The notes under the pieces: model-generated | The model's input: the letters and a program-made list of their open reading frames with translations, nothing else | What the model was told of the DNA's origin: nothing | The model's database searches: none | Program-made: the position numbers and the translations under genes | Part shown: positions 9,201 through 18,399 of the stretch, piece after piece | Layout of the letters: the number at the start of each line of letters is the position of its first letter | Position numbering within the stretch: the stretch's first letter is position 1 | Assembly: GCA_021800365.1 (NCBI GenBank) | Contig: JAJYZA010000002.1 | Span: 33,187-97,186 of the forward strand | Direction: 5' to 3' | Length of the DNA: 64,000 nt | Source of the DNA: Nanobdellota archaeon | GTDB taxonomy: Archaea; Nanobdellota; Nanobdellia; Parvarchaeales; Parvarchaeaceae

Positions 9201-10012
9201 GTCATCTTTATAAAATTTATTGAGTTTCCATATCCGGAATAGTCAATTATCTTTCTTGCAGTCGTTAAAACAAAGATTACGGTTTTGTATGCCGTTGCAT
9301 ATCCAGCAAATTTTATTAGGTCTTTTTTTGTTATGCTTATTTTCTTGGATACTATAACGACAACGCGTAATTTATTTTGCCCATAATCGCAGTAATAAAT
9401 ATCCGGTTCTATCCGCATCGCGCCACTAAAACCATAATTTAATAGCATGTTTTTTATCTCAGGAGTTAGCGGTTCCGCTACTTTTAATCTTGTTTCTTCA
9501 TTCAGTTTTTTGCTTTCTCGCGCAATAGCAGTTTTTTGATTTATTTTTTCAGGTTTTTTGCTCTGGTTAAGGAACGCGCTTACATCTTCTAAGGAAAGAG
9601 TATAATAGTAAAGTAAATCGATTTTCTGTTTTGTTTCCGAATCTTGTGCGCTTATCGTTTTTATGAAGTCCGTCAAGGATTTTGAGATATACCTCTCTGC
9701 AGGCGTTAGTGTCGCAGAATTAATTACTTTCGTAGCCTTTATCTTTGAGACAAGTGCCTTTTCTTCTGTACTTAAAATATTATATAGCATTTCCATTGCA
9801 GCATCCCGATTTTTTTCTAAATAATAAATTGCAGAAGTTCCATAACGCCTATCGGATCGCTGCAATTCCTTTTTAGCAACAAAATAATCTAGAATTGCAG
9901 AAGTTTGGTCACTGTCACGACCAATATGTTCCGCTATATCTACAGTAAGTGCAGGTTTTCTTGCGATAAAATCCATTATTTTTGAATGGATATCATCTAT
10001 TTCTGAAGCCAT
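9197..10012 (-). CDS. Hypothetical protein with an N-terminal winged-helix-like region.
   Basis: It is a 271-aa ORF whose start is translationally coupled to trmI. No specific family was recognised. Confidence 0.3.
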   Translation of the reverse strand: MASEIDDIHSKIMDFIARKPALTVDIAEHIGRDSDQTSAILDYFVAKKELQRSDRRYGTSAIYYLEKNRDAAMEMLYNILSTEEKALVSKIKATKVINSATLTPAERYISKSLTDFIKTISAQDSETKQKIDLLYYYTLSLEDVSAFLNQSKKPEKINQKTAIARESKKLNEETRLKVAEPLTPEIKNMLLNYGFSGAMRIEPDIYYCDYGQNKLRVVVIVSKKISITKKDLIKFAGYATAYKTVIFVLTTARKIIDYSGYGNSINFIKMT

Positions 10013-10194
10013 ACATTAATGATTTTTAACCACATCTACTCTTTAAGATATAATTTTTGGAATTCACCACACAAATAAATTTATTAACATACATCACGTT
10101 GTGCATTTTCAATATTTTAAGTTATTAGCTATTTTTAAGTCTGTGCTATGTGCTGCAGTAGCTAAAAAATCTATAGAGTTAACTTCTTTAAATC

Positions 10195-10222
10195 TTATCT
10201 ATAATATTAATTATAAAGGACA
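10195..10222 (+). promoter_or_regulatory. Putative archaeal TATA-box and promoter for the pilin genes.
   Basis: A ctataatattaattataaa element lies about 25-30 nt upstream of the 10232 start codon. This fits a near-leaderless archaeal transcript. Confidence 0.25.
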
Positions 10223-10231
10223 TTCAATGTT

Positions 10232-10762
10232 ATGGACAAAAAAGGACAGGTTTTTACAATAGATTTACTGATCGCAATATTTATTTTTACGCTTATATTT
10301 ACTTCCGTAGTGGTTTTTCTTTTCTCAATAGGCGCGATATCCAGTCAGTACTCCTCTTATTACGCACAGACAATATCCGTCTCGCTAAATAGCATTGCTT
10401 CTTCCGCGATCAATACGCTTGTTGGTTCTCAGGGTACTCCAATAAATTGGTCATCGGCACCGTGCAGCTCCATAAAAACGGTAGGGATTATGTATAATTA
10501 TTACGAAGCGAGTCCACAGAAACTGTACAATCTAACGACTCTCCCCGTTGCATGCTTGTCGCAGCTTCTGCGAGCAGGAGATTCATTTAATATAACTACA
10601 AGTTATCTAAATGGAACCCCATTAAAGGTAAATGGGGCAGTGATAACCGCCGGTTTTTTTATACCGCAAAACCCGGCTTACATTACCTCAGTACAAAGAT
10701 TTGTCGTATTATACCCCGGTAAAGATATAATACGCATGAGCTTTTCAGAGTGGTTACAATGA
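10232..10762 (+). CDS. Archaeal type IV pilin-like protein with a class III signal peptide.
   Basis: The N terminus MDKKGQVFTIDLLIAIFIFTLIF has a KG/Q prepilin peptidase site followed by a hydrophobic helix. The mature part has many NxS/T sequons. Confidence 0.55.
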   Translation: MDKKGQVFTIDLLIAIFIFTLIFTSVVVFLFSIGAISSQYSSYYAQTISVSLNSIASSAINTLVGSQGTPINWSSAPCSSIKTVGIMYNYYEASPQKLYNLTTLPVACLSQLLRAGDSFNITTSYLNGTPLKVNGAVITAGFFIPQNPAYITSVQRFVVLYPGKDIIRMSFSEWLQ

Positions 10763-11514
10763 AAGGACAGGTATTTACTATAGATCTAGTGTTAGGCGCG
10801 GTAATAATATTGTCAATTATTGGAAGCGCGTACTCTTTATCGGCTTATTACTCCTCCTTGAGCCAGATAACTATAAGTAATGGAAATCTAGTTAGTGAAG
10901 TTTCTTCAGCCATAACGGCTTTTGTAACGGCTAATTCAACTAGGGATAGCATAGAATATTTTCAAAGCTCGAGCGGCGCGACAGCGTTCTTTACTAGTTT
11001 TACAAACAATATCACACAGAGCCTTGGGCAGGAACTTAACTTCCCTTATTCAATTTCAATATATACGATTGGGAACTATACAAATGGAGAATTAGTGCCA
11101 AACTTACTGCTTTTTAGTTACGAAACACCTGCTTTTGTTAGCGGGGCGCCCTCTATTTCTTTTTATGAGCCGATTGTCGTAACGCAGCAGACTTCTGCAT
11201 GCCGCAATACCTGCAATTTCTCATTACAAGCAGGTAGCATTTTTATCGGCGAGAACGCGACGCTAAACGCAGCAAAATGTAATATATACTCACTTACAGG
11301 GGCCAAGCTAGTAGTCGGTAGCTGGCACGTTTTTAATAACACGCCGACTGGTTATTGTACGCTCGAGGCGCCAAAATATCCTAGCGTTGGAGGTACACCA
11401 AAGAGCTATCTTGTCAAAGCCTATAATCTCGGAGGAACATTTATAGGCAACACGACTTTACACACTATGGGATTAGATTTAATACAGATAGAGGTACAAG
11501 CCTATGGCTCGTAA
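10750..11514 (+). CDS. Archaeal type IV pilin-like protein with a class III signal peptide. It is a paralog of the preceding gene.
   Basis: The N terminus MVTMKGQVFTIDLVLGAVIIL repeats the same KGQVFTIDL motif, and the DNA is also conserved. It overlaps the upstream gene by 13 nt. Confidence 0.55.
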   Translation: MVTMKGQVFTIDLVLGAVIILSIIGSAYSLSAYYSSLSQITISNGNLVSEVSSAITAFVTANSTRDSIEYFQSSSGATAFFTSFTNNITQSLGQELNFPYSISIYTIGNYTNGELVPNLLLFSYETPAFVSGAPSISFYEPIVVTQQTSACRNTCNFSLQAGSIFIGENATLNAAKCNIYSLTGAKLVVGSWHVFNNTPTGYCTLEAPKYPSVGGTPKSYLVKAYNLGGTFIGNTTLHTMGLDLIQIEVQAYGS

Positions 11515-11538
11515 CTATCTACGTTAGCTCTTTATAAC

Positions 11539-11775
11539 TTATATGAATAAGACTGCGCGATTTCGCTCCTCAGATTCAAGCTTATGCTCGAAATCCGACA
11601 GATAGGTTTGCGGGTCTCCTTTATATAAGCCATTCTTTATGGCTAAATTATTTATCCTAACGATGAGCTTGCTTATTTCATACGCCCTATCGAAGGATAC
11701 ATTATTTTTGTACTGGTTATAGAGTGTTATCTGCTCCAGTACCTTTTCATATAATTTCTTCGCCTCCTCTTCCAT
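11539..11775 (-). CDS. Hypothetical small protein.
   Basis: It is a 78-aa ORF with no recognised motif. Confidence 0.25.
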   Translation of the reverse strand: MEEEAKKLYEKVLEQITLYNQYKNNVSFDRAYEISKLIVRINNLAIKNGLYKGDPQTYLSDFEHKLESEERNRAVLFI

Positions 11776-11908
11776 TTTCTCCCCCCCTCATAGGACAATT
11801 AGGATAAACGATATAAAATAAACGACTTTTATATTACTTGTATATTACTTGTTAATTTCCGATGGAACTCTACAGCGCCAGTTTTAAGTGAGATGGTTAT
11901 TTTAAGAT

Positions 11909-13636
11909 TTAATCCGCAAAGAATTTATTTTGCATTTTTTGCTCTACATCAAGTCTGCTTCCAGCTAGATTTATCCTAGGTCTTCCGCTTTCGCTGTCTC
12001 TCCTCATAGTTACATCAACTCTTTTAAGAAAGTCATTAATTGCCGAAGACGTGCTAATTATCCTGTCTGTAATCCCGGTTATACCGCTTTTTCCTCCAAA
12101 TAGTATGCTATTTGTGCAGACAGAATCTAAAAACATAAGATCGTGATCGATTATTATAGCACACTTTTTCTTCGAATTTATAATAGCTGTAATTATCGAC
12201 ATAATTTCTAGGCGGTCCTCAATGTCTAAATTCGCCGAAGGTTCGTCAAATAAGTATACTTCTGCGTCTTTCATTAAAGTCGCTATAATCGCAATTTTCT
12301 GAAGTTCTCCTCCAGACAAGTTTTTTATATTTTTATTTAATATCTTATTAACGTCCAACTTGCTTATTATTGACATTATATCAGTATCTGTAGAATAATC
12401 GGCTTTTACGGCAGCAAAAGCATCAGATACGATACAATCAGATCTTTGAACCATTTGCGGCTTATAAGCGATTTTTATCCCAAGGTCAAGCAGTCCGAGA
12501 TTAGTAGTTAGAGTGCCTGCCAGGGCCTGCATGAATGTAGTTTTTCCTATTCCATTTTCACCTATAATCCCAATTATTTCCCCTTCGCGCAGCACTCCCG
12601 CTTCAGTTTTAAGATGGAATTCTCCAATGTCAACTTCAAATGCAGGCCACCGTACTAGTGGCTTCTTTCCTTCAGCAGTTCCGCTCTTTTTGACTTTTAT
12701 CGCCCAATTCCTAAACCTTACATTCTCTGTCGGGAGATAGCCACTTATATAATTATTTATTCCATTTCTGGATGGCATCATATGAGATACTATTCCATAA
12801 TTTGCATCAGAGCCGTATAATATCTGTATAAAATCCGTTAAATAATCCAGCATTATGAGGTCATGTTCAACTACAACGACGGTTTTTTCTCCAAGGCTTT
12901 TGCGAATTTCTTTAGCTATGAGTAGTCTGTGCACTATGTCTAGATAATTCATCGGTTCATCAAAAATATAAACGTCGGCTACTTCATCCATCGAAACCGC
13001 TATCCTTATAAGTTGTGATTCGCCGCCAGATAAGGTTTTTGCATCACGCTCCATAAGTTGTGATGGAACAAGCCCAAATCTATTCTTTTTTACAAGGTCT
13101 CTGACCTTTCCAGTTAACTCAAAATCTTGTGGTTTCTTTACCACTTTTAGACTTCCGCTATACAAGTCAGTAAGGTATGGCTGGATGTCCTTACCACGAA
13201 ATTCTTTAATTATCTCACGTGGCTGTAATATAGCTGAATAATTGCCAAAATTAGGTTTGATTTCGCCAGAAATTAAGTTTATATTGGTTGTTTTTCCTAT
13301 TCCATTTCTTCCAATTAAACCGACAATCTTTCCTCTCATCGGCGTTGCAATGTTGAATATTCGGAATGAATTTAGCCCATACTGAAAAGTCAGCTCTTTT
13401 GTCATTTCATCCGGCAGATTTATAACTCGTATGGCGTCAAATGGACATCGCTTTACACAAATTCCACACGCAATGCATAACCCTTCGGTTATGGCCGCCT
13501 TTCCATTTTCTCTAGGATACACCGTTTCTTTTATTCCCCGGCGTACTACTGGACAGACCTCTGCACAAATATAATTACAATTGTCGGGCGCCTCGCATTC
13601 ATTTTCTTTTATTACTGCGATTCTCATTTTAAACAA
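11909..13636 (-). CDS. abcE1: ABCE1/RLI ribosome-recycling ATPase.
   Basis: An N-terminal double 4Fe-4S ferredoxin (CxxCxxC...CP twice) is followed by two ABC ATPase domains. Both have Walker A (GxNGxGKT) and LSGGE signatures. It is 575 aa long. Confidence 0.85.
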   Translation of the reverse strand: MFKMRIAVIKENECEAPDNCNYICAEVCPVVRRGIKETVYPRENGKAAITEGLCIACGICVKRCPFDAIRVINLPDEMTKELTFQYGLNSFRIFNIATPMRGKIVGLIGRNGIGKTTNINLISGEIKPNFGNYSAILQPREIIKEFRGKDIQPYLTDLYSGSLKVVKKPQDFELTGKVRDLVKKNRFGLVPSQLMERDAKTLSGGESQLIRIAVSMDEVADVYIFDEPMNYLDIVHRLLIAKEIRKSLGEKTVVVVEHDLIMLDYLTDFIQILYGSDANYGIVSHMMPSRNGINNYISGYLPTENVRFRNWAIKVKKSGTAEGKKPLVRWPAFEVDIGEFHLKTEAGVLREGEIIGIIGENGIGKTTFMQALAGTLTTNLGLLDLGIKIAYKPQMVQRSDCIVSDAFAAVKADYSTDTDIMSIISKLDVNKILNKNIKNLSGGELQKIAIIATLMKDAEVYLFDEPSANLDIEDRLEIMSIITAIINSKKKCAIIIDHDLMFLDSVCTNSILFGGKSGITGITDRIISTSSAINDFLKRVDVTMRRDSESGRPRINLAGSRLDVEQKMQNKFFAD

Positions 13637-13850
13637 ACTAATACTTCACGGTTTTTCATAACAATAAACTATTAAGTTATCTTTCGTTATTTAACTATAA
13701 GAATGCGCATTTATAGGTTAATTTTAACTATGAAACTACGCTATAATAGTTAAATATTTATATAGATAAATTAATCTATTATAATCGACAGTGCTTACCG
13801 AGAGAATCTAGCAGGAAACTGATTAATATAATACGACACCATTAATACTT

Positions 13851-15536
13851 ATGACGGAATATCAGTTGGGAAGAAAATTTAACGATGCTTTTAAGCAGAC
13901 AGCTTTAGGTGTCTCAATTGGAGAACAGAATCAACTAGCCGAATTTGCAAAAGTGCTTAGAAGCGGTGCCCAGATGGCTGAGATAGATCTAGCTAGTCTT
14001 TATGGTTTTACAGGAAACGGGACTCCAGCCACAAGAATGGGTAAAACAGAAAGGGAAGCCTTCGGGAACCTTGCAAAGACAAATCAGGCAGATTTAAGCA
14101 TACACGCACCGTGGTCTATAAATCCCTCTGGGATAAATCCGCAGTCCGGTGAACGGGACATGGAATATATGGCGCTTATGAAGAACGAGATGAAGGCGGC
14201 TATAAATTTTGCAGATGACGTTAGCAAGAGCATGGGAAAGCACAACATGCCAATAATATTTCATGCGGCTTCGGATCATTTCGGAAACCCGGATCCAAAA
14301 TTAAGATTAATTGCATATGACAATGAAGCGGATAAGATATTTCCAATAAAAGAACAGAAATTAGACAATATGACCGCAGAAAAATTCAGGCAATTATATG
14401 GAGATGATACTTATAATCGTGTAAAGATTGGGTTAAAACCGTCGGAAGACGGCAAAGGCATAATTCTAACGCCGGAAGCTGCGTTCCAGTTTCAAAAAGA
14501 TCAGCTTAGGATAAATATGAACCAAGAGAGAGTAAACCTGGAAATAAATCAAAGAGAGCTCGAAATGCAGAAATTTAGGTTAGTCAATGAACTTGCCGAA
14601 GCATCTGCGGGAGGGGACTTGGCACGTATAGATAAATTAAATAAGACCAAAGACGCATATGACCAGATGTTAAAGGACTTAAATGTTAGGAAAGACAGGA
14701 TTGATAACGGGATAGAACACATAAATGAGCGACTTGTAAGATATGATGAAAAGGCACCATTGTTAGCGGCAGAAGGAATAAAAGATGCTGCACTAATGTC
14801 CGCAAGATCTACGACAAAGCCGATGATATTGGTAGAGAATACGATGACGCCAGAAATGTCGCTTAGTAAGCCAGTGGATGTAGCGAAGGCAGTAGAACAA
14901 GCAAGGCGTCTTTTTGTTGATGCCGCGACGAAAGACGAGAAATTGAACTTATCCAAATCCGATGCTGAAGACTTGGCGAATCAACTTATAGGGGTAAATC
15001 TCGACGTTGGACATCTTAATATATTCAAGTCTTATGGGTTGGACAATAGAAAGATAGTTTCAATGCTAACGGAGCAAGGAAAGCTAGATGATAAGACGCG
15101 TGTAAGGCTTGCGGATTACATAAAAAGATATCATCTTAATGACAATATGGGAGATATAGACGCGCACTTGCCACTAGGTGAGGGCACCACTCCAATAAAA
15201 GAAATTTACGAGACACTAAGAAATGCCGGAGTTGAGGCTCCCGCAATAATGGAAGTCTTTGGTGGGCAAGGCGGCATAGAGGCGGGTATGACTCAGTCAC
15301 TAGAATACCTCGGAGCGCCGATATACGGCGATGTGCCATTTACGAGCCTTCCGACTTACGCCGCAAATCCATATTCGTCTATAATAGGCGATTACTCTCA
15401 TTATTCAAATCTCGGATTAAGACAGGACCTGTTTAGCTATGGTGGCTTCACAGGCTTGTCTCCGATATTGGGGGGTGGTTACATGGAGAACACGCGCGGA
15501 GGCGGAGGGGGCTTTTCTGGCGCACCCATGGCTTAA
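13851..15536 (+). CDS. Endonuclease IV (Nfo)-like xylose-isomerase-fold TIM-barrel protein. It has a large internal coiled-coil insertion and a Gly-rich C-terminal tail.
   Basis: Nfo-like metal-site motifs appear in order: SIHAPWSINPSG, IIFHAASDH, LVENTM, NLDVGHLN, and YHLNDNMGDIDAHLPLGEG. A roughly 250-aa charged, heptad-like insert sits between the second and fourth motifs. The protein ends GGGYMENTRGGGGGFSGAPMA. Confidence 0.45.
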   Translation: MTEYQLGRKFNDAFKQTALGVSIGEQNQLAEFAKVLRSGAQMAEIDLASLYGFTGNGTPATRMGKTEREAFGNLAKTNQADLSIHAPWSINPSGINPQSGERDMEYMALMKNEMKAAINFADDVSKSMGKHNMPIIFHAASDHFGNPDPKLRLIAYDNEADKIFPIKEQKLDNMTAEKFRQLYGDDTYNRVKIGLKPSEDGKGIILTPEAAFQFQKDQLRINMNQERVNLEINQRELEMQKFRLVNELAEASAGGDLARIDKLNKTKDAYDQMLKDLNVRKDRIDNGIEHINERLVRYDEKAPLLAAEGIKDAALMSARSTTKPMILVENTMTPEMSLSKPVDVAKAVEQARRLFVDAATKDEKLNLSKSDAEDLANQLIGVNLDVGHLNIFKSYGLDNRKIVSMLTEQGKLDDKTRVRLADYIKRYHLNDNMGDIDAHLPLGEGTTPIKEIYETLRNAGVEAPAIMEVFGGQGGIEAGMTQSLEYLGAPIYGDVPFTSLPTYAANPYSSIIGDYSHYSNLGLRQDLFSYGGFTGLSPILGGGYMENTRGGGGGFSGAPMA

Positions 15537-15538
15537 AT

Positions 15539-16324
15539 ATGGATGAAAATAAAGAAGAAGGAAAACTTATTTTGAGGGGCTACGATGCGGCATTTAAGTT
15601 TGCTAAAGGAATATTTTCTGCGTATCCAAAAATAATAAAGACCATAGCACTTTTTGGTTCTTTTAGCAAAGGAAAAGAGACAGAGAACAGTGACGTTGAT
15701 ATTATGATAATAATGGATGATGTGCTGAACAATCTCGACAATACTATTTTAGGGCCATTTTATGGCACAGTGGACTCTCTTTTAAAAGAAGAGAAATCAA
15801 TAAAGCTGCATATAAACTTCGTTACTCTTACGGCTTTCTGGAGGGGGGTGTTATCAGCAGATCCTCTATCTATCAATGTTCTAAAGTATGGCGTACCTCT
15901 TATAGATACTGGTTACTTTGAACCGCTACGCGTGCTTCTTCTAAAAGGAGAGATAAAACCTACGGAGGAATCAATTTATGCCGCAATGTCAAGAAGCCAG
16001 TTATACTCAGATTCAGCCAGATTACGGATGGCGGGTGCAATTACTGACTTGTATTGGTCCGTAATAAATTCGGCGCAGGCGGCAATAATGAGACATGGAG
16101 AAGTGCCTCCCTCCCCAGAAACGGTAGGAGGGATGTTAGAGGATCTACAACGTATGCATCTTATAAATAACGAGGAGTTGCTTACGTTTAATGATATATT
16201 TGTACTCGGTAAAAAACTTCTTCATGGCGAAAAGATAGAAGTGAGTGGAACGGATTTCGATAAATTTCTAGTAAGAGCTATGCATTTCAATGAGAAGATG
16301 GCAAAATTACTGGAAAATAAATAA
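15539..16324 (+). CDS. Pol-beta-superfamily nucleotidyltransferase (MNT/KNTase-like) with a C-terminal helical domain.
   Basis: LFGSFSKGKETENSDVDIMII matches the GS...DxD NTase motif. A roughly 150-aa helical C-terminal domain follows. Its start lies 3 nt after the upstream stop. Confidence 0.55.
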   Translation: MDENKEEGKLILRGYDAAFKFAKGIFSAYPKIIKTIALFGSFSKGKETENSDVDIMIIMDDVLNNLDNTILGPFYGTVDSLLKEEKSIKLHINFVTLTAFWRGVLSADPLSINVLKYGVPLIDTGYFEPLRVLLLKGEIKPTEESIYAAMSRSQLYSDSARLRMAGAITDLYWSVINSAQAAIMRHGEVPPSPETVGGMLEDLQRMHLINNEELLTFNDIFVLGKKLLHGEKIEVSGTDFDKFLVRAMHFNEKMAKLLENK

Positions 16325-16879
16325 TTACACTAATAGAAAACTAAGAGCAAATCCAATAAACGCACTTAGAGCGGCTATCGATAATCCTATTCCGATGGTT
16401 TTTAAACCACTTTTTATCTTATTTTTCAGTTTAGCTTCATGATATGAGCCAATGAATCCTAATATCGCTAGGCTTACAACCAGCGAGACTAGACTCGCCG
16501 TGATTATTGCACTTCCGCCGGTCAGATAAAAAACAGCGTATGGAGTAAGGACTATCAGGCTCCCGATAAGGGTAAATACGAATGCGCTTGTCGCATATCT
16601 TATATTTTTTGCCTCTTTTACCTTAGCGAGCTTTTTCGGTCTATACTCTTCGAGAAATAGCGCCTCCTTATATTCTGCTAGTTGTTGCCCGGTAGTGAAG
16701 GTTTCGGCGTTATATGTAGCGAACATGTTCGATAACGCCCCGCTTACGCCAACAAGCAGTACAGACGCAAATGTAAGACTGTATGCATGGAAAAAAGAAA
16801 TGCCAAGCGCCAGTCCCAATCCGAGAAAAAGACCGTCGCTTATGCCCAATATTGTATATCTTGACCTAGCTCTTTCCAC
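16325..16879 (-). CDS. Integral membrane protein, possibly of the VIT1/CCC1 (DUF125) family.
   Basis: It has four to five hydrophobic helices, an ILGISDGL motif near the N terminus, and a central charged loop. Confidence 0.35.
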   Translation of the reverse strand: MERARSRYTILGISDGLFLGLGLALGISFFHAYSLTFASVLLVGVSGALSNMFATYNAETFTTGQQLAEYKEALFLEEYRPKKLAKVKEAKNIRYATSAFVFTLIGSLIVLTPYAVFYLTGGSAIITASLVSLVVSLAILGFIGSYHEAKLKNKIKSGLKTIGIGLSIAALSAFIGFALSFLLV

Positions 16880-17132
16880 CAGACATCACTGTGGCTTCAT
16901 CTAAGCTGTTTATAGCCGCACCACGGTCTTTCATGGCCTTTTGTATACCATGGAAGTCGATTTTTTTGCCTTCTATGGTTATTTTTAAACCTTCTGTCCT
17001 AATGTCAACTTCCTCAACTTTTATAGAAACGGCGCCGCCTTTGACATGTTTCGATATATCAGAAGCCAAGTCTATTATACTGTACTCACCGACTGGCTTT
17101 ACAGCGTCGATGACGAGTCTATTTAACTGCAT
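16866..17132 (-). CDS. DUF211 (COG1888) family small protein.
   Basis: LVIDAVKP...SIIDLA...VSIKVEEVDIRTEGLKITIEG..IDF..I.KAM...GA.I.S.DE resembles the DUF211 consensus. Confidence 0.4.
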   Translation of the reverse strand: MQLNRLVIDAVKPVGEYSIIDLASDISKHVKGGAVSIKVEEVDIRTEGLKITIEGKKIDFHGIQKAMKDRGAAINSLDEATVMSGGKS

Positions 17133-17297
17133 ATCTTATAATAATTTCTTACACTTTAAATAGATTATATCGATATCTTAAGAAAATGGATTCACAACCT
17201 TTAGGTCTTTACTGTAAAAGAAGCATTAGCATAAAATGCAGGCTTAAAATCGATGGCAAATCGAAACTTTTAAATACTGAAAGTTTGTTATACTTGT

Positions 17298-17654
17298 ATG
17301 GATTTAAACAGAAAGGCACAAGGCCTTCCTATTAATACTATAATTCTTATAGCCATTGGACTTTTGATCTTAGTACTTTTCATAACCTTCGTTTTAGGCG
17401 GTTTTAAGGGCATTGGTGGCGGTACAAATCCGACAACTCAGGCAATGTCTTCTTTCGGCGCCCAATGTACAACTTACTGCTCAGAAGCGACTCCCGGTCA
17501 AATTCCTTACCAGTTCTGCGGTGCAACGACTAGTATAAATGGCGTCCTTTATACCTGTTTAAATCAAACTGCAGCGCAACAGACGTGCACTGTTCCATCA
17601 GCTTCTGGCGGCAGTTCAATAACTTATAACACCACGCTTTGTTCTAAAGCTTAA
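17298..17654 (+). CDS. Small secreted Cys-rich protein with a pilin-like class III-type signal peptide.
   Basis: The N terminus is MDLNRKAQGLPINTIILIAIGLLILVLFITF. The C-terminal half has 7 Cys and NxT sequons. Confidence 0.35.
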   Translation: MDLNRKAQGLPINTIILIAIGLLILVLFITFVLGGFKGIGGGTNPTTQAMSSFGAQCTTYCSEATPGQIPYQFCGATTSINGVLYTCLNQTAAQQTCTVPSASGGSSITYNTTLCSKA

Positions 17655-17726
17655 AATTCAATGCTGTTAGTACTAAAATTCTAACTTGAGACTTACCTTT
17701 TTATACTAAAAATTCTAAAAATAATC

Positions 17727-18350
17727 ATGGCTAAGACAAACACTTTCATGCTGGTTTTTAGCGTAATACTCTTAGTTCTGATAGCCATAGGCGTTTTCTA
17801 TGTTTTTGGAACGCACCTCGTTGCAATAAATACATGCGGCGGGAACAAAACGCTAGTGGTATTCAATAACAAAGAGTCTTGCTTTCCAAGTCTTTCCAAT
17901 ACAATAATTGCCAATGGCACGCCATATACGCTAAATTCATCACTGGCGGTGTCAAATGGCAGGATAATACCTCTAGATATAAGATTTATCGGAAACAATC
18001 CACTACTATATATATGGAACCAAAACAAGTCCTATAATGCAAGTTCTTACGTGTTCCTCACTATCCCGGATACGTTTAAAGTACACATGCAATACGCTTC
18101 TAATGTAACTACCGAATATATAATAATGACAAATGAACAATACATAAATTGGTATAATTCAAATGAGCGCAGCACTTCAAACGTGTATTCGCAAAGTGGT
18201 ACGGCAATCTCTGCGTGGTTTAATGAGAGTGCCGGTTGCGCAGGTTATGTAGCAGTAATAAAATCGGTTTCCGGGAGAGCATTCTTTATTAGGCCGAATG
18301 AGACTGCACTGTATGCTCCCGCTAATACCTCAACTGGTATATGTACTTAA
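17727..18350 (+). CDS. Secreted or membrane-anchored glycoprotein-like hypothetical protein.
   Basis: It has an N-terminal TM/signal anchor and many NxS/T sequons in the extracellular part. Confidence 0.35.
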   Translation: MAKTNTFMLVFSVILLVLIAIGVFYVFGTHLVAINTCGGNKTLVVFNNKESCFPSLSNTIIANGTPYTLNSSLAVSNGRIIPLDIRFIGNNPLLYIWNQNKSYNASSYVFLTIPDTFKVHMQYASNVTTEYIIMTNEQYINWYNSNERSTSNVYSQSGTAISAWFNESAGCAGYVAVIKSVSGRAFFIRPNETALYAPANTSTGICT

Positions 18351-18399
18351 CTCAATTCTAAAGCGTCAGTTTTAAATCCTTTAATCGCTATTAATTGAT

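Noticed and set aside
17160-17300. A possible C/D-box sRNA in the intergenic region upstream of 17298.
   Set aside because: No RUGAUGA/CUGA box pair with the correct spacing was found, only partial matches.
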